A stretch of 64,000 nt of DNA, taken from contig NC_052153.1 of the NCBI RefSeq assembly GCF_902713615.1, positions 94,304,301-94,368,300 on the forward strand, in the 5' to 3' direction. Within the stretch, counting starts at the first letter, position 1. Every line of letters begins with the position of its first letter. Shown piece after piece: positions 1-10,832 of the stretch. Made by a program: the position numbers and the translations under genes. The notes beneath the pieces were generated by a model that worked only from the letters and a program-made list of their open reading frames with translations, had not been told where the DNA came from and ran no database searches. This DNA comes from Scyliorhinus canicula. Taxonomy: Eukaryota.

Positions 1-3000
1 TAGGGGGGTGTTTGCTAGAGCTGTTGGGGAGGGTTTAAACTAATGTGGCAGGGGGATGGGAACCGATGCAGGAAGTTGGAAGGTAGTAAAACAGGGACAG
101 AAGCAAAAGGAAGTAAGGGGGAAAGTGCAAGACAGAGAAGACATAGTCAAAAATCAAAAAGGGCGACAGTACAAGGTACAGTGACTGAGGGGAGCTCAGT
201 GAATAGGCCCAGTAATACTAAAAGGAGTAAAACTGGAGATGTTAAGATTCAAAACAGAGGTAAAAAAACCAACATAAGTGTACTGTACCTGAATGCTCGT
301 AGTATTCGGAATAAAGTAAATGAGTTGATGGCGCAAATCATTGTGAATGACTATGATTTAGTGGCCATTACTGAAACATGATTAAAGGATGGTCACGACT
401 GGGAGTTAAATATCCAAGGGTATCAAAATATTCGGAAGGACAGAGTGGATGGTAAGGGAGGTGGTGTAGCTCTGTTATTTAAGGATGACATCCGGGCAAT
501 AGTTAGGGATGATATCGGTGCTATGGAGGATAAGGTTGAATCCATTTGGGTGGAAATCAGGAATAGTAAGGCGAAAAAGTCACTGATAGGAGTAGTCTAT
601 CGGCCACCAAATAGTAACATTATGGTGGGGCAGGCAATAGACAAAGAGATAACTGATGCATGTAGAAATGGTACAGCAGTTATCATGGGGGATTTTAATC
701 TACATGCCGATTGGTTTAACCAAGTCGGTCAAGGCAACCTTGAGGAGGAGTTTATAGAATGTATCCGCGATAGTTTCCTAGAACAGTATGTAATGGAACC
801 TACGAGGGAACAAGCGGTCCTAGATCTTGTCCTGTGTAATGAAACAGGATTGATTCATGATCTCATAGTTAGGGATCCTCTCGGAAGGAGCGATCACAAT
901 ATGGTGGAATTTAAAATACAGATGGAGGGTGAGAAGGTAAAATCAAATACTAGTGTTTTGTGTTTAAACAAAGGAGATTACAAGGGGATGAGAGAAGAAC
1001 TAGCTAAGGTAGACTGGGAGCAAAGACTTTATGGTGGAACAGTGGAGAACCTTCCAAGCGATTTTTCACAGTGCTCAGCAAAGGTTTATACCTACAAAAA
1101 GGAAGGACGGTAGAAAGAGGGAAAATCAACCGTGGATATCTAAGGAAATAAGGGAGAGTATCAAATTGAAGGAAAGAGCATACAAAGTGGCAAAGATTGG
1201 TGGGAGACTAGAGGACTGGGAAATATTTAAGGGGCAACAGAAAGCAACTAAAAAAGCTAAAAAGAAGAGTAAGATAGAGTATGAGAGTAAACTTGCTCAG
1301 AATATAAAAACAGACAGCAAAGGTTTTTACAAATATATAAAGCAAAAAAGAGTGGCTAAGGTAAATATGGTCCTTTAGAGGATGAGAAGGGAGTTTTAAT
1401 AATGGGAGATGAGGAAATGGCTGAGGAACTGAACAGGTTTTTTGGGTCGGTCTTCACAGTGGAAGACACAAATAACATAGCAGCGACTGATAGAAATGAG
1501 GCTATGACAGGTGAGGACCTTGAGAGGATTGTTATCACTAAGGAGGTAGTGATGGGCAAGCTAATGGGGCTAAAGGTAGACAAGTCTCCTGGCCCTGATG
1601 GAATGCATCCCAGAGTGCTAAAAGAGATGGCTAAGGAAATTGCAGATGCACTAGTGATGATTTACCAAAATTCACTAGACTCTGGGGTGGTCCCGGTGGA
1701 TTGGAAATTAGCAAACGTGACACCACTGTTTAAAAAAGGAGGTAGGCAGAGAGCAGGAAATTATAGGCCAGTGAGTTTAACATCGGTAGTAGGGAAGATG
1801 CTGGAATCTATCATCAAAGAAGAAATAGCGAGGCATCTGGATAGAAATTGTCCCATTGGGCAGACGCAGCATGGGTTCATAAAGGACAGGTCGTGCCTAA
1901 CTAATTTAGTGGAATTTTTTGAGGACATTACCAGTGCAGTAGATAACAGGGAGCCAATGGATGTGGTATATCTGGATTTCCAGAAAGCTTTTGACAAGGT
2001 GCCACACAAAAGGCTGCTGCATAAGATAAAGTTGCATGGCATTAAGGGTAAAGTAGTAGCATGGATAGAGGATTGGTTAATTAATAGAAAGTAAAGAGTG
2101 GGGATTAATGCGTGCTTCTCTGGTTGGCGATCAGTACATAGAACATAGAACAGTACAGCACAGAACAGGCCCTTCGGCCCTCGATGTTGTGCCGAGCAAT
2201 GATCACCCTACTTAAACCCACGTAACCCGTATACCCGTAACCCAACAACCCCCCCATTAACCTTACACTACGGGCAATTTAGCATGGCCAATCCACCTAA
2301 CCTGCACATCTTTGGACTGTGGGAGGAAACCGGAGCACCCGGAGGAAACCCACGCACACACGGGGAGGACGTGCAGACTCCGCACAGACAGTGACCCAGC
2401 CGGGAATCAAACCTGGGACCCTGGAGCTGTGAAGCATTGATGCTAACCACCATGCTACCGTGAGGCTAGTGGTGTCCCTCAGGGATCCGTGTTTGGCCCA
2501 CAATTGTTCACAATCTACATAGATGATTTGGAATTGGGGACCAAGGGCAATGTGTCCAAGTTTGCAGATGACACTAAGATGAGTGGTAAAGCAAAAAGTG
2601 CAGAGGATACTGGAAGTCTGCAGAGGATTTGGATCGGTTAAGTGAATGGGCTAGGGTCTGGCAAATGGAATACAATGTTGACAAATGTTTTGGTAGGAAT
2701 AACAGCAAACGGGATTATTATTTAAACAATAAAATATTAAAGCATGCTGCTGTGCAGAGAGACCTGGGTGTGCTCGTGCATGAGTCACAGAATGTTGGTT
2801 TACAGGTGCAACAGGTGATTAAGAAGGCAAATGGAATTTTGTCCTTCATTGCTAGAGGGATGGAGTTTAAGACTAGGGAGGTTTTGCTGCAATTGTATAA
2901 GGTGTTAGTGAGGCCACACCTGGAGTATTGTGTTCAGTTTTGGTCTCCTTGCTTGAGAAAGGACGTACTGGCACTGGAGGGTGTGCAGAGGAGATTCGCG

Positions 3001-3476
3001 AGGTTAATCCCAGAGCTGAAGGGGTTGGATTACGAGGAAAGGTTGAGTAGACTGGGACTGTACTCGTTGGAATTTAGAAGGATGAGGGGGGATCTTATAG
3101 AAACATTAAAAATTATGAAGGGAATAGATAGGATAGATGCGGGCAGGTTGTTTCCACTGGCGGGTGAAAGCAGAACTAGGGGGCATAGCCTCAAAATAAG
3201 GGGAAGTAGATTTAGGACTGAGTTTAGGAGGAATTTCTTCACCCAAAGGGTTGTGAATCTATCGAATTCTTTGCCCAGTGAAGCAGTTGAGGCTCCTTCA
3301 TTAAATGTTTTTAAGGTAAAGATAGATAGTTTTTTAAAGAAAAAAGGGATTAAGGGTTATGGTGTTCGGGCCGGAAAGTGGAGCTGAGTCCACAAAAGAT
3401 CAGCCATGATCTCATTGAATGGCGGAGCAGGCTCGAGGGGCCAGATGGCCTGCTCCTGCTCCTAGTTCTTATGTTC
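1..3476 (+). mobile_element. CR1/HER1-type LINE: 3' end of ORF1 plus decayed ORF2 (APE endonuclease + reverse transcriptase) and 3' tail
   Basis: ORF pieces carry APE motifs (YLNARS, ITET, GVVYRPP, GDFN, SDH) and RT motifs (PGPDG, YRPVSLTS, QHGF, LDFQKAFD, FADD). It has several stops and frameshifts, a CR1-type 3' end (..GCTCCTAGTTCTTATGTTCT), and a SINE inserted at 2136-2462. Confidence 0.95.
2136..2462 (-). mobile_element. HE1/V-SINE-type tRNA-derived SINE with CR1-type tail, nested in CR1 ORF2
   Basis: The reverse strand has A/B-box head, the GTGGGTTTCCTCCGGGTGCTCCGGTTTCCTCCCACAGTCCAAAGATGTGC core and a (TTCTATG)n tail. It splits the RT coding sequence just before SGVPQGS. Confidence 0.9.
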
Positions 3477-3751
3477 TCAGATTTATTACCATTAGTGCTG
3501 TCCTTTCATAAAGAAACATCTTTTTTGCACCTTCATGGTATGTGGGTGTCTACTGCCAATCCCCAATTGACCTCCTCTCCTTTATTTATCCTAGTGCTGA
3601 ATCGACATGCTATTCCCATAGTTTTTCCAAAGCAGACTCGCTTTAATTCCATGCCACTGTTGAAAGCTCTAGTTGGAGACTATTTGATGCTTTTAGATTT
3701 TGTCTCAGGCTGTGGGCATAACTGGCAAAGCAACAATTATTTGCCTGTATT

Positions 3752-3920
3752 GCCGGGTTCGACCCCGGCCCCGGGTCACTGTCTGTGTGGAGTTTGCACA
3801 TTCTCCCAGTGTTTGCGTGGGTTTAGCCCCCACAAACCAAAGATATGCAAGGTAGGTGGAACACGCTAAATGGCCCCTTAATTGGAAAAAATGAATTGGG
3901 TACTCTAAATTTTTTTTTTA
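3752..3920 (+). mobile_element. 5'-truncated HE1-like SINE (short-tail subfamily)
   Basis: GGGTTCGA B box, core and ..AATTGGGTACTCTAAATTT tail shared with other copies. Confidence 0.85.
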
Positions 3921-5493
3921 AATTAAGGATAGAGTGCCTCCCTAAGCCATTTCTGACGATGCTACAAATCAACCAAAAATCGTCTATTTTGCAGCGGGCT
4001 TTGGGGTAGGGGGTCGATTTTGGTTAGTGTGCGTGAGGGATGGAAGAGCTATGCAATGTGTGTGGGTGAGACTGTGTGCCTTACTCCCAGCGTCAAATTT
4101 CTCACTCGCTCTCATCACCCCACACCAACACATGCTCATGCATCCACTCAATGGATGTGGAAGAGTGGGTGTGTATCCTGAGAGTGAGCCAGACACAAAC
4201 ACACACACTGACCCTCTCACCTTCTCATTCTTATGATTTATTCTCTTTTAATTTATGAAGATAATGTGCTGACATTGCTTTACATTTACTCAGAAATTAT
4301 TTTCTTTCTTAATACCTCAACTTTTTTTGATATACAGTTTATTCTTGTGCTAAATGTTATCTTCCTGAAATTTGCTTGAGTCTCTTGAGTATGAAAAAAA
4401 TTCCAAATGTGGCTCCCCGAAGAAAAAGGTTTGACAAGCCTGTTCTAAGGGGATTGAAGGATATGTGAATAGTGTGGCACAACAAAGTTGATGTAGAATA
4501 TCAGCCATGATTGTGGTGAATGGGAGCTGGCGCAATAGGTCAAATGGCCTCAATCTGCTCCTATTTCTTAAGATCTTATATGAACCGTATATTGTGGAAC
4601 TGGAGTCTTATGTAGGCCAGGTAGGGGTGGAAGTTTCCATTCTCTGAAGGAGGGGGAATCAGTTGGGATTCTATCAAAATTGAACAGATTTCATGGTTAT
4701 TTCTCATGTACAAGTCTACAAATTCCCTGTTTCATTGAAGAACCCATGGCATCTGGTTGTTAGTTCAGCACAATAATCTGTAAACTACGCCTTTGGATTG
4801 TGTGAAAAATGCCTAGATTCAGTGCTGGGTTTACACTTGCACATAAAAGACCAAGTAACTCTCAACTACCACATCACAGCGTTCACACAGAACTGGTAGA
4901 ATTTAACACAAGAGGTTGTTAAACATCTACCTTGCATACATTGATCAACATGCTGAGTTACCAATAACAGCTACAAAACTTGAAATAAAGGAGATTGTCG
5001 AGTGGATGGATAACGAAATAATATAAAGTGACAATTGTAAAGAAGCAAGTTGGCAACTGGGCCATAATACGAGAGAACTGCATTGTAAATTGAATGTATA
5101 TTTCTCTGGAAAACCGAATATTGAGTCAAGTCAATGGACTTCTAAATGGCACTGGTTACAGCAGTGCTGGAACTGTCAGACCACCTGAGAAATAGCAGCT
5201 AAAATGCTGAAATTTCATTTCATTTTCATTAAAATATTGCAACGGCAGGATGTCATTGTGCATTATCAACTTCCCTCAGTTTTGCAGATATTATACTGTC
5301 AATCAAATTCAATTTCAGGATGAAATAGCCTCATTTTGCAATAACTTGTTACAATTTTGTGGCAATTGTATATGAGGTTTTACAGCTGGTGATCCGTGTA
5401 GATTTTCCGAATTGTTCCAGAAAGTATAGATCAGCAGCTTTCAGGTTATTGGCTGCAAGGGCTGGCCTGTTAGCTAGTACACAGTATTGCATT

Positions 5494-5713
5494 ATTTTTT
5501 AAAATAAATTTAGAGTACCCAATTCATTTTTTCCAAATAATGGGCAATTTAGCGTGGCCAATCCTCCTAATCTGCATATCTTTGGGTTGTGAGGGTGAAA
5601 CCCATGCAACACGGGGAGAATGTGCAAACTCCACACGGACAGTGACCCAGAGCCGGGATCGAACCTCGGCGCCGTGAGGCAGCAGGGCTAACCCACTGCG
5701 TCACTGTTCTGCC
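5494..5713 (-). mobile_element. HE1-like SINE, A-rich short-tail subfamily, with 13-bp TSD
   Basis: Flanked by ACAGTATTGCATT (5481-5493) and ACAGTTTTGCATT (5714-5726). Confidence 0.9.
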
Positions 5714-6249
5714 ACAGTTTTGCATTCTGAGTGCCATTGACTGTCAACATACAGATCTTGTAGTCAGTGGCATTTCAGACATAAAGACGACATTCTCCCA
5801 AGCCCCAGAAAAAATTGCAAAACTGATTCAAGTATTCGCCCTGGCAAAGATTTCTAATAGTAGCTGACACATTGGTCTCAATGTGATGTCTATAATAAGC
5901 TTTGGACATTCTAAACAATACTTTCTCGAGTACTTTGGTGCAAAATAAAGTACTCACCCATATAGAAGCACCAATGCTGAAGTCCACATCATATTTAGGC
6001 AGGTGATGTGAAACTCAGCTCCAGTAGGAGGCGGCCCCAGATCACTTCAATTTTGCATCAGCTACAATGTGACTGCAACTATTGTGAAGGGTGTTATCCT
6101 CAACAATAATGAGAAGCTCAGCAAAAAGCACTTGCGGGAGTTATTGAGGTCCCAGACGACAGGAGGCTCTTGTTCCATGAGTACGAGCTGTTCCAGTTAC
6201 AGCCAGAAAGTGAATTAAACCTGATTGCAAATCAGAGCCTGGAACATCA

Positions 6250-6403
6250 GAACTGATGAATAGGTCATCGACCTGAAACTTTAATTTTATTTCTCACTCT
6301 ACAGATATTGCCTGACCTTCAGAGACTTTCCAGCATTCTCTATTTTTATGTTGCTCTGCCTGACCTTCTTAAACTTTCCAGCATTCTCTGGTTTTATGTT
6401 GCT
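6250..6403 (+). mobile_element. Penelope-like pLTR remnant with minimal hammerhead core and ~47-bp tandem duplication
   Basis: CTGATGA-a-taggtc-atc-gacct-GAAAC at 6253-6279. It is followed by two copies of TGCCTGACCTTC..ACTTTCCAGCATTCTCT..TTTTATGTTGCT, similar to the Penelope ends at 9775 and 57853. Confidence 0.65.
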
Positions 6404-6619
6404 AAAAATGTTGTCATTTTGGCAGATCAGTATATTTGCATTGGAGCATGCATTATGCACCAGGCTAGCCCAGCATCTTTTCCTAGATCTACAACTCCAA
6501 TCAATGTCATTAATCATTTCTATCTGGCCTACATCCTTGGCATTGTGTGTTTCTCATGCAAACATTTTTGGTCAGTTCAAATAAACATTATCTAAAGCTA
6601 AATGTAAACAGAAAACATT

Positions 6620-6980
6620 GATATAAGCTCTTTTCATATCTCAGCATCCCAAAGTGTTTCACAGCCGGTGAAGTACTTCAGAATTAGTCACTATTGTAGC
6701 AGGAAAATACTGCATTACAAGGTCTTACAAACAGCAATGAGATGATAATCAGATAAATATGTTTCAATGATCTTGGTTGAGGGTTAACATCTGTCAGGAT
6801 GTTAACAGGATACCAGAATAATTCTCTTGTTCTTGTTCAAAGAATACTATATGATAGTTCATGTTCAGTATGCCAACTCATTTAATGTCCCATCTGAAAC
6901 ATGGCACCTCAAGCAGTACAGTGTTCCTTCAGTACTGCACTAATGTGACGGCCTAAATTGTGTTCAAGTTCTTGGAATGG
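6620..6980 (-). mobile_element. Old SacSINE1/Deu-domain-like SINE
   Basis: Colinear similarity to the copies at 34835-35170 and 38305-38675. The family name comes from recalled shark DeuSINE sequence. Confidence 0.55.
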
Positions 6981-7176
6981 GGTATAAAATTAGTCAAGTT
7001 CATTGTCACAAATATCTCCTTGACTAAAGGAAAAGCAATTAAAATGTATTTGAGAATGGAAAAAAATCTCTAAACACCAAAATCAAACATCACAAAACCA
7101 CCAACTAAAATTATAAAATATACCTCAAAGAACTAAGTCTGCTGGCACAACTTGTACGGACTGTTTTTGGCTACTA

Positions 7177-7488
7177 TCATAGAATCCCTACAGTGCAGAA
7201 TGAGGTCATTCAGCCCATCAAGTTTGCACCCACCCTCTGAAAGACTGCCCTACTTCGGCCCACTCCACCATCCTATCCCATTAACTCTACCTAACCCATA
7301 CATCCCTGGACACTAAGGGGCAATTCAGCATGGCCTATCCACCTAACCTGCACATCTTTGGACTGTGGTAGGAAATCCAAGCAGACATGAGGCGAAAGTG
7401 CAAACTCCACAGTCAGGCACCCAAGGCTGGAATTGAACTGCAGTCCCTGACGCTGTGAGGCAGCAGTGCTATCCACTGTGCCATTGAG
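7177..7488 (-). mobile_element. HE1-like SINE with CR1-type tail
   Basis: ATCATAGAATCCCTACAGTGCAGAA tail plus reverse-complement SINE core and head. Confidence 0.85.
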
Positions 7489-8049
7489 CAACCCTACCTT
7501 CCTTCTTCACTCTGGTTACTGTTCATAGCAAACTCTATGTAGTAAACAGTAACAATAATCACAAGCACGTAAATAATGCATGCTTCTTTTTAAAAATAAA
7601 ATTATTGAAGCTATCAGTGAGATTGCTAATTCTGTTGGAAAGCCCTGCGTGGAGTTTCCCCTAGATAAGCTCAAACCACTGATTAAAACCTAGGGTTTGA
7701 ATTTGAAATTTCACTTGGAATTGAATGCTGGATATCGTCATCTGCTATTGAAAATGATGTCCTGCTATACGAAAAACCCAATCAAAAATATTTTTTTAAA
7801 AATGTAAGATAATGTGGGAGTGTAGTTTTCATCTTGCTCCTGACAGCTTGAGACATGGACAAAGAAAAACATGAAGCAGTTTAACTTGTAAATTTTCAAG
7901 GCTTAAACCAAAAAAAAGAAACTTTAGGCTGTTGATATTGTTCAAAATAAGAGGATTTTTTGTGTTTTTGTAGAACGGGACAGCCTTGACGAATCAGGGA
8001 GAATAAAATATGAAGTACTTAGATTTTTAAAAATATATATAGCATAGTA

Positions 8050-8410
8050 TATGCTATTGGATTCATAATTCCAAATTCTGGACTCATGACACATGAGTTT
8101 AAATCCAAACATAGAAAATTAAGAATTTAAATTCCTTTATTACATTTGGATTTTTAAAAATTATATTAGTAAAGGTGACCATATAACTACTGGTTTGTTG
8201 TAAAAACCCAACTGATTCACTAATATATTTTTGGGAAGGAAACCTGCTGTCCTTACCTAACCTGGCTTTTAGCTGGCTTTAGATCTACAGTTATGTGGTT
8301 GATTCTGAACTGCCCTCTGAAATGTCCTAGCAAGCCACTCAGTTACGGAAAATTAGGAATGGACAGTAAACCTCAGCCTTGTCTGTGACATCCGTGTTCC
8401 ATGAATGATC
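8050..8410 (+). mobile_element. Old, degenerate shark SINE-like repeat
   Basis: Resembles a common elasmobranch repeat (GTAAAAACCCA.CTG.TTCACTAAT..GGGAAGGAAA.CTGC.GTCCTTACC). Family not assigned. Confidence 0.45.
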
Positions 8411-8542
8411 ATACAAAAAAAACTGTTAATCTATCATGGTGAGTTAAGCAAAATGTGAACATTTTCTAATGTAAATTCCAGAATACAAAGTTTTAGCGAA
8501 GAAAGAGCAAATCACAAGATCATCTTTAACTTTTAGGCACCA

Positions 8543-9480
8543 GAACAACAAAGAATAGTACAGCACAGGAACAGACCCTCCAAGCCTGCATCGATCACGT
8601 GTCCTATCTAGACCAACTGCCTATATCCTTCTATACCCCATCTGTTCATGTGCCTGTCAGATAAGTCTTAAAAGTCGCTCACGTATTTGCCTCAACCACC
8701 TCACTTGGCAGTGCATTTCAGGCCATCGCCACCCTCTGTGTAAAAACCTTTCCCTGTACATCTCCACTGAACCTATCCTCCCTCACCTTGAACTTGTGCC
8801 CCTTTGTAATTGTCATTTCCGCCCTGGGAAAAAGCCTCCAACTGTTCACCCTATCTATACCCTCCTAATTTTATAAACTTCTATCAGGTCGCCCTCAGCC
8901 TCCGTCTCTCGAGGGAGAACAATCCCAGTTGATTCAATGTCTCCTCATAGCTAATACACTCCATACCAGGCAGCATCCTGGTAAATAGTACTCTCTTCAA
9001 AGCCTCCATGTCCTTCTGGTAGTGTGGTGACCAGAATTCCAACTGTGTCCTAATCAACGTTCTGTATAACTAACAGGGCAGCATGTGGCACAGTGGTTAG
9101 CACTGCTGCCTACGGCGCTGAGGACCCGGGTTCGAGTCCAGGCCCTGGGTCACTGTCCATGTGGAGTTTGCACGTCACCCCTTGTCTGCTTGGGTTTCAC
9201 CCCCACAACCCAAAGATGTGCAGGTTAGGTGGATTGGCCACACTAAATTGCCCCTTAATTGGAAAATAAATAATTGGGTACTCTAAATTTTAAAAAACTG
9301 TTACAACATTTGGGAGCTTTTATACTCGATACACCGTCCGATGACGGCAAACATGCTTTCTTTACCACCATTTCCACCTATGCTGCCACTTTTAAGGAAC
9401 TGAGCACCTGCACTCACAGATCTCTCTGTGTCTCTATGCTCCTGATGGTTCTGCCATTTATTTTGTAGCTCCCACCTGAG
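8543..9480 (-). mobile_element. CR1 LINE 3' fragment interrupted by a SINE
   Basis: Reverse-complement CR1 tail (ACAGCACAGGAACAG) and RT C-terminus, continuing after the SINE at 9076-9297. Confidence 0.85.
9076..9297 (+). mobile_element. HE1-like SINE, A-rich short tail
   Basis: GGGCAGCA head, A box TGGCACAGTGG, B box GGTTCGAGTCC, A-rich end. Confidence 0.9.
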
Positions 9481-9575
9481 CATTTGGTTGGGTAATTTTG
9501 GGGCCACAATCTTATTTTTATAGCATGACACAACAATTCCAGTGCAGCTTTACAGATAATAACTGGCCAAATAAA

Positions 9576-9773
9576 GGGCAGCATGGTGGCACAGTGCTTA
9601 GCACTGCTGCCTCACGGCACTGAGGTCCCAAGTTCGATCCCGGCTCTGGGTCACTGTCTGTGTGGAGTTTGCACATTCTGCCTGTGTTTGCGTGGGTTTT
9701 GCCCCCACAATTCAAAGATGTGCAGGATAGGTTGATTGGGCACGCTAAAGAAAATGCCCTTAATTGGAAAAAT
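9576..9773 (+). mobile_element. HE1-like SINE
   Basis: Full head and core; the tail runs directly into the Penelope palindrome. Confidence 0.9.
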
Positions 9774-9774
9774 G

Positions 9775-9945
9775 AAAGAGAAAATGCTGGAAAAACTCAG
9801 CAAGTCTGGCAGCATCTGTAGGGAGAGAAAAGAGCTATGTTTTGAGTCCGATGACTCTTTATCAAAGATGCTGCCAGACTTGCTGAGATTTTCCAGCGTT
9901 TTCTCTTTTGTTTCAGATTCCAGCATCCACAGTAATTTGCTTTTA
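9775..9945. mobile_element. Penelope-like inverted terminal remnant (43-bp-arm hairpin)
   Basis: 9775-9817 and 9866-9908 are reverse complements (41/43). The same sequence forms the ends of the 57853-58555 element. Confidence 0.8.
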
Positions 9946-10065
9946 GCTATTTTGATGGAATCTGGTACTGTAAAGCACTGATACACTCTGCTTGGCCTGA
10001 TCTTATTGCAGTACATCATTTTATGCAAATAAATATAAAATTGATGATGTCTCTTTTTAATTCAG

Positions 10066-10156
10066 TGTCACAAATGGTGGAAAAACGACACTTGCATGCA
10101 AACTTAAGAAAGCTCTTCCAAACAGCATTTTACTATGTCAAGATACATTTTTCAAG
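10066..10156 (+). CDS. NMRK1: Nicotinamide riboside kinase 1, P-loop exon (internal; 91 bp)
   Basis: ttcag|T GTC..TTC AAG|gtaagc encodes VTNGGKTTLACKLKKALPNSILLCQDTFFK, matching NRK (G)VTNSGKTTLA..QDDFFK. Confidence 0.95.
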
Positions 10157-10832
10157 GTAAGCCATAAAATGCTGTAGATTATTTGAAACCAATTTAGGCT
10201 TTGTCTGATATTACTGTGTTGTGTTATGTTACGTACACGAGATTAGAAGAGGCCACTGGGCCTGTATGCATTTTTCCTAATCTTAAATAGGCTTACTTCC
10301 ATGTCCACACTCTTTGCTTCGCTCCAGCAGGAGTAAAAGAGATAAAGAAACAGTGACCAAACCAACAAAAAAACTCTCTAAACTTCTATTGTAATCAGCC
10401 AAACCCCAAACAAAATGGTTGTTATCCAAAATCATTCCTCCCTCTGGTCCTTCTGCCATCTGTTCTAAATGTATTTCTAAAGGCTTTCAAAAGCTGGAAC
10501 AGAGCAATTCTTTAACAATACTACTATCTATTTATATTGCAACTTTAATGAGAAAGCATCCCAAGGCATACAGAAGTAGAATCAGACTATTGTGAACTGC
10601 ACCTTCACAACTTGATTATCCTCCGAGAGGATACTTATTCCAAACTTCCAAACTTACTCCCTACTTTCTCAATTTAACTGGACAGTCCCTAATTTTACCT
10701 GGTCTCAGATCCTCACCATATCTATCCACTTATGTAATTAATACCCTTGAATATCTGAATGAGTTCCAAGCCTTTCCACTGAATCCAAGCCCAAGGTATG
10801 AAGTCTATCTCCATATGTATTGACTGTGACTA

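Noticed and set aside
9076-9150. tRNA genes
   Set aside because: The A/B-box sequences are SINE heads continuing into the SINE core; no cloverleaf or terminator.
3476-10065. NMRK1 first coding exon (expected M..IIGIxG with GG|gt)
   Set aside because: No matching sequence found by eye. The GTGAGT donor at ~8439 gives the wrong residues, so the exon probably lies upstream of the window.
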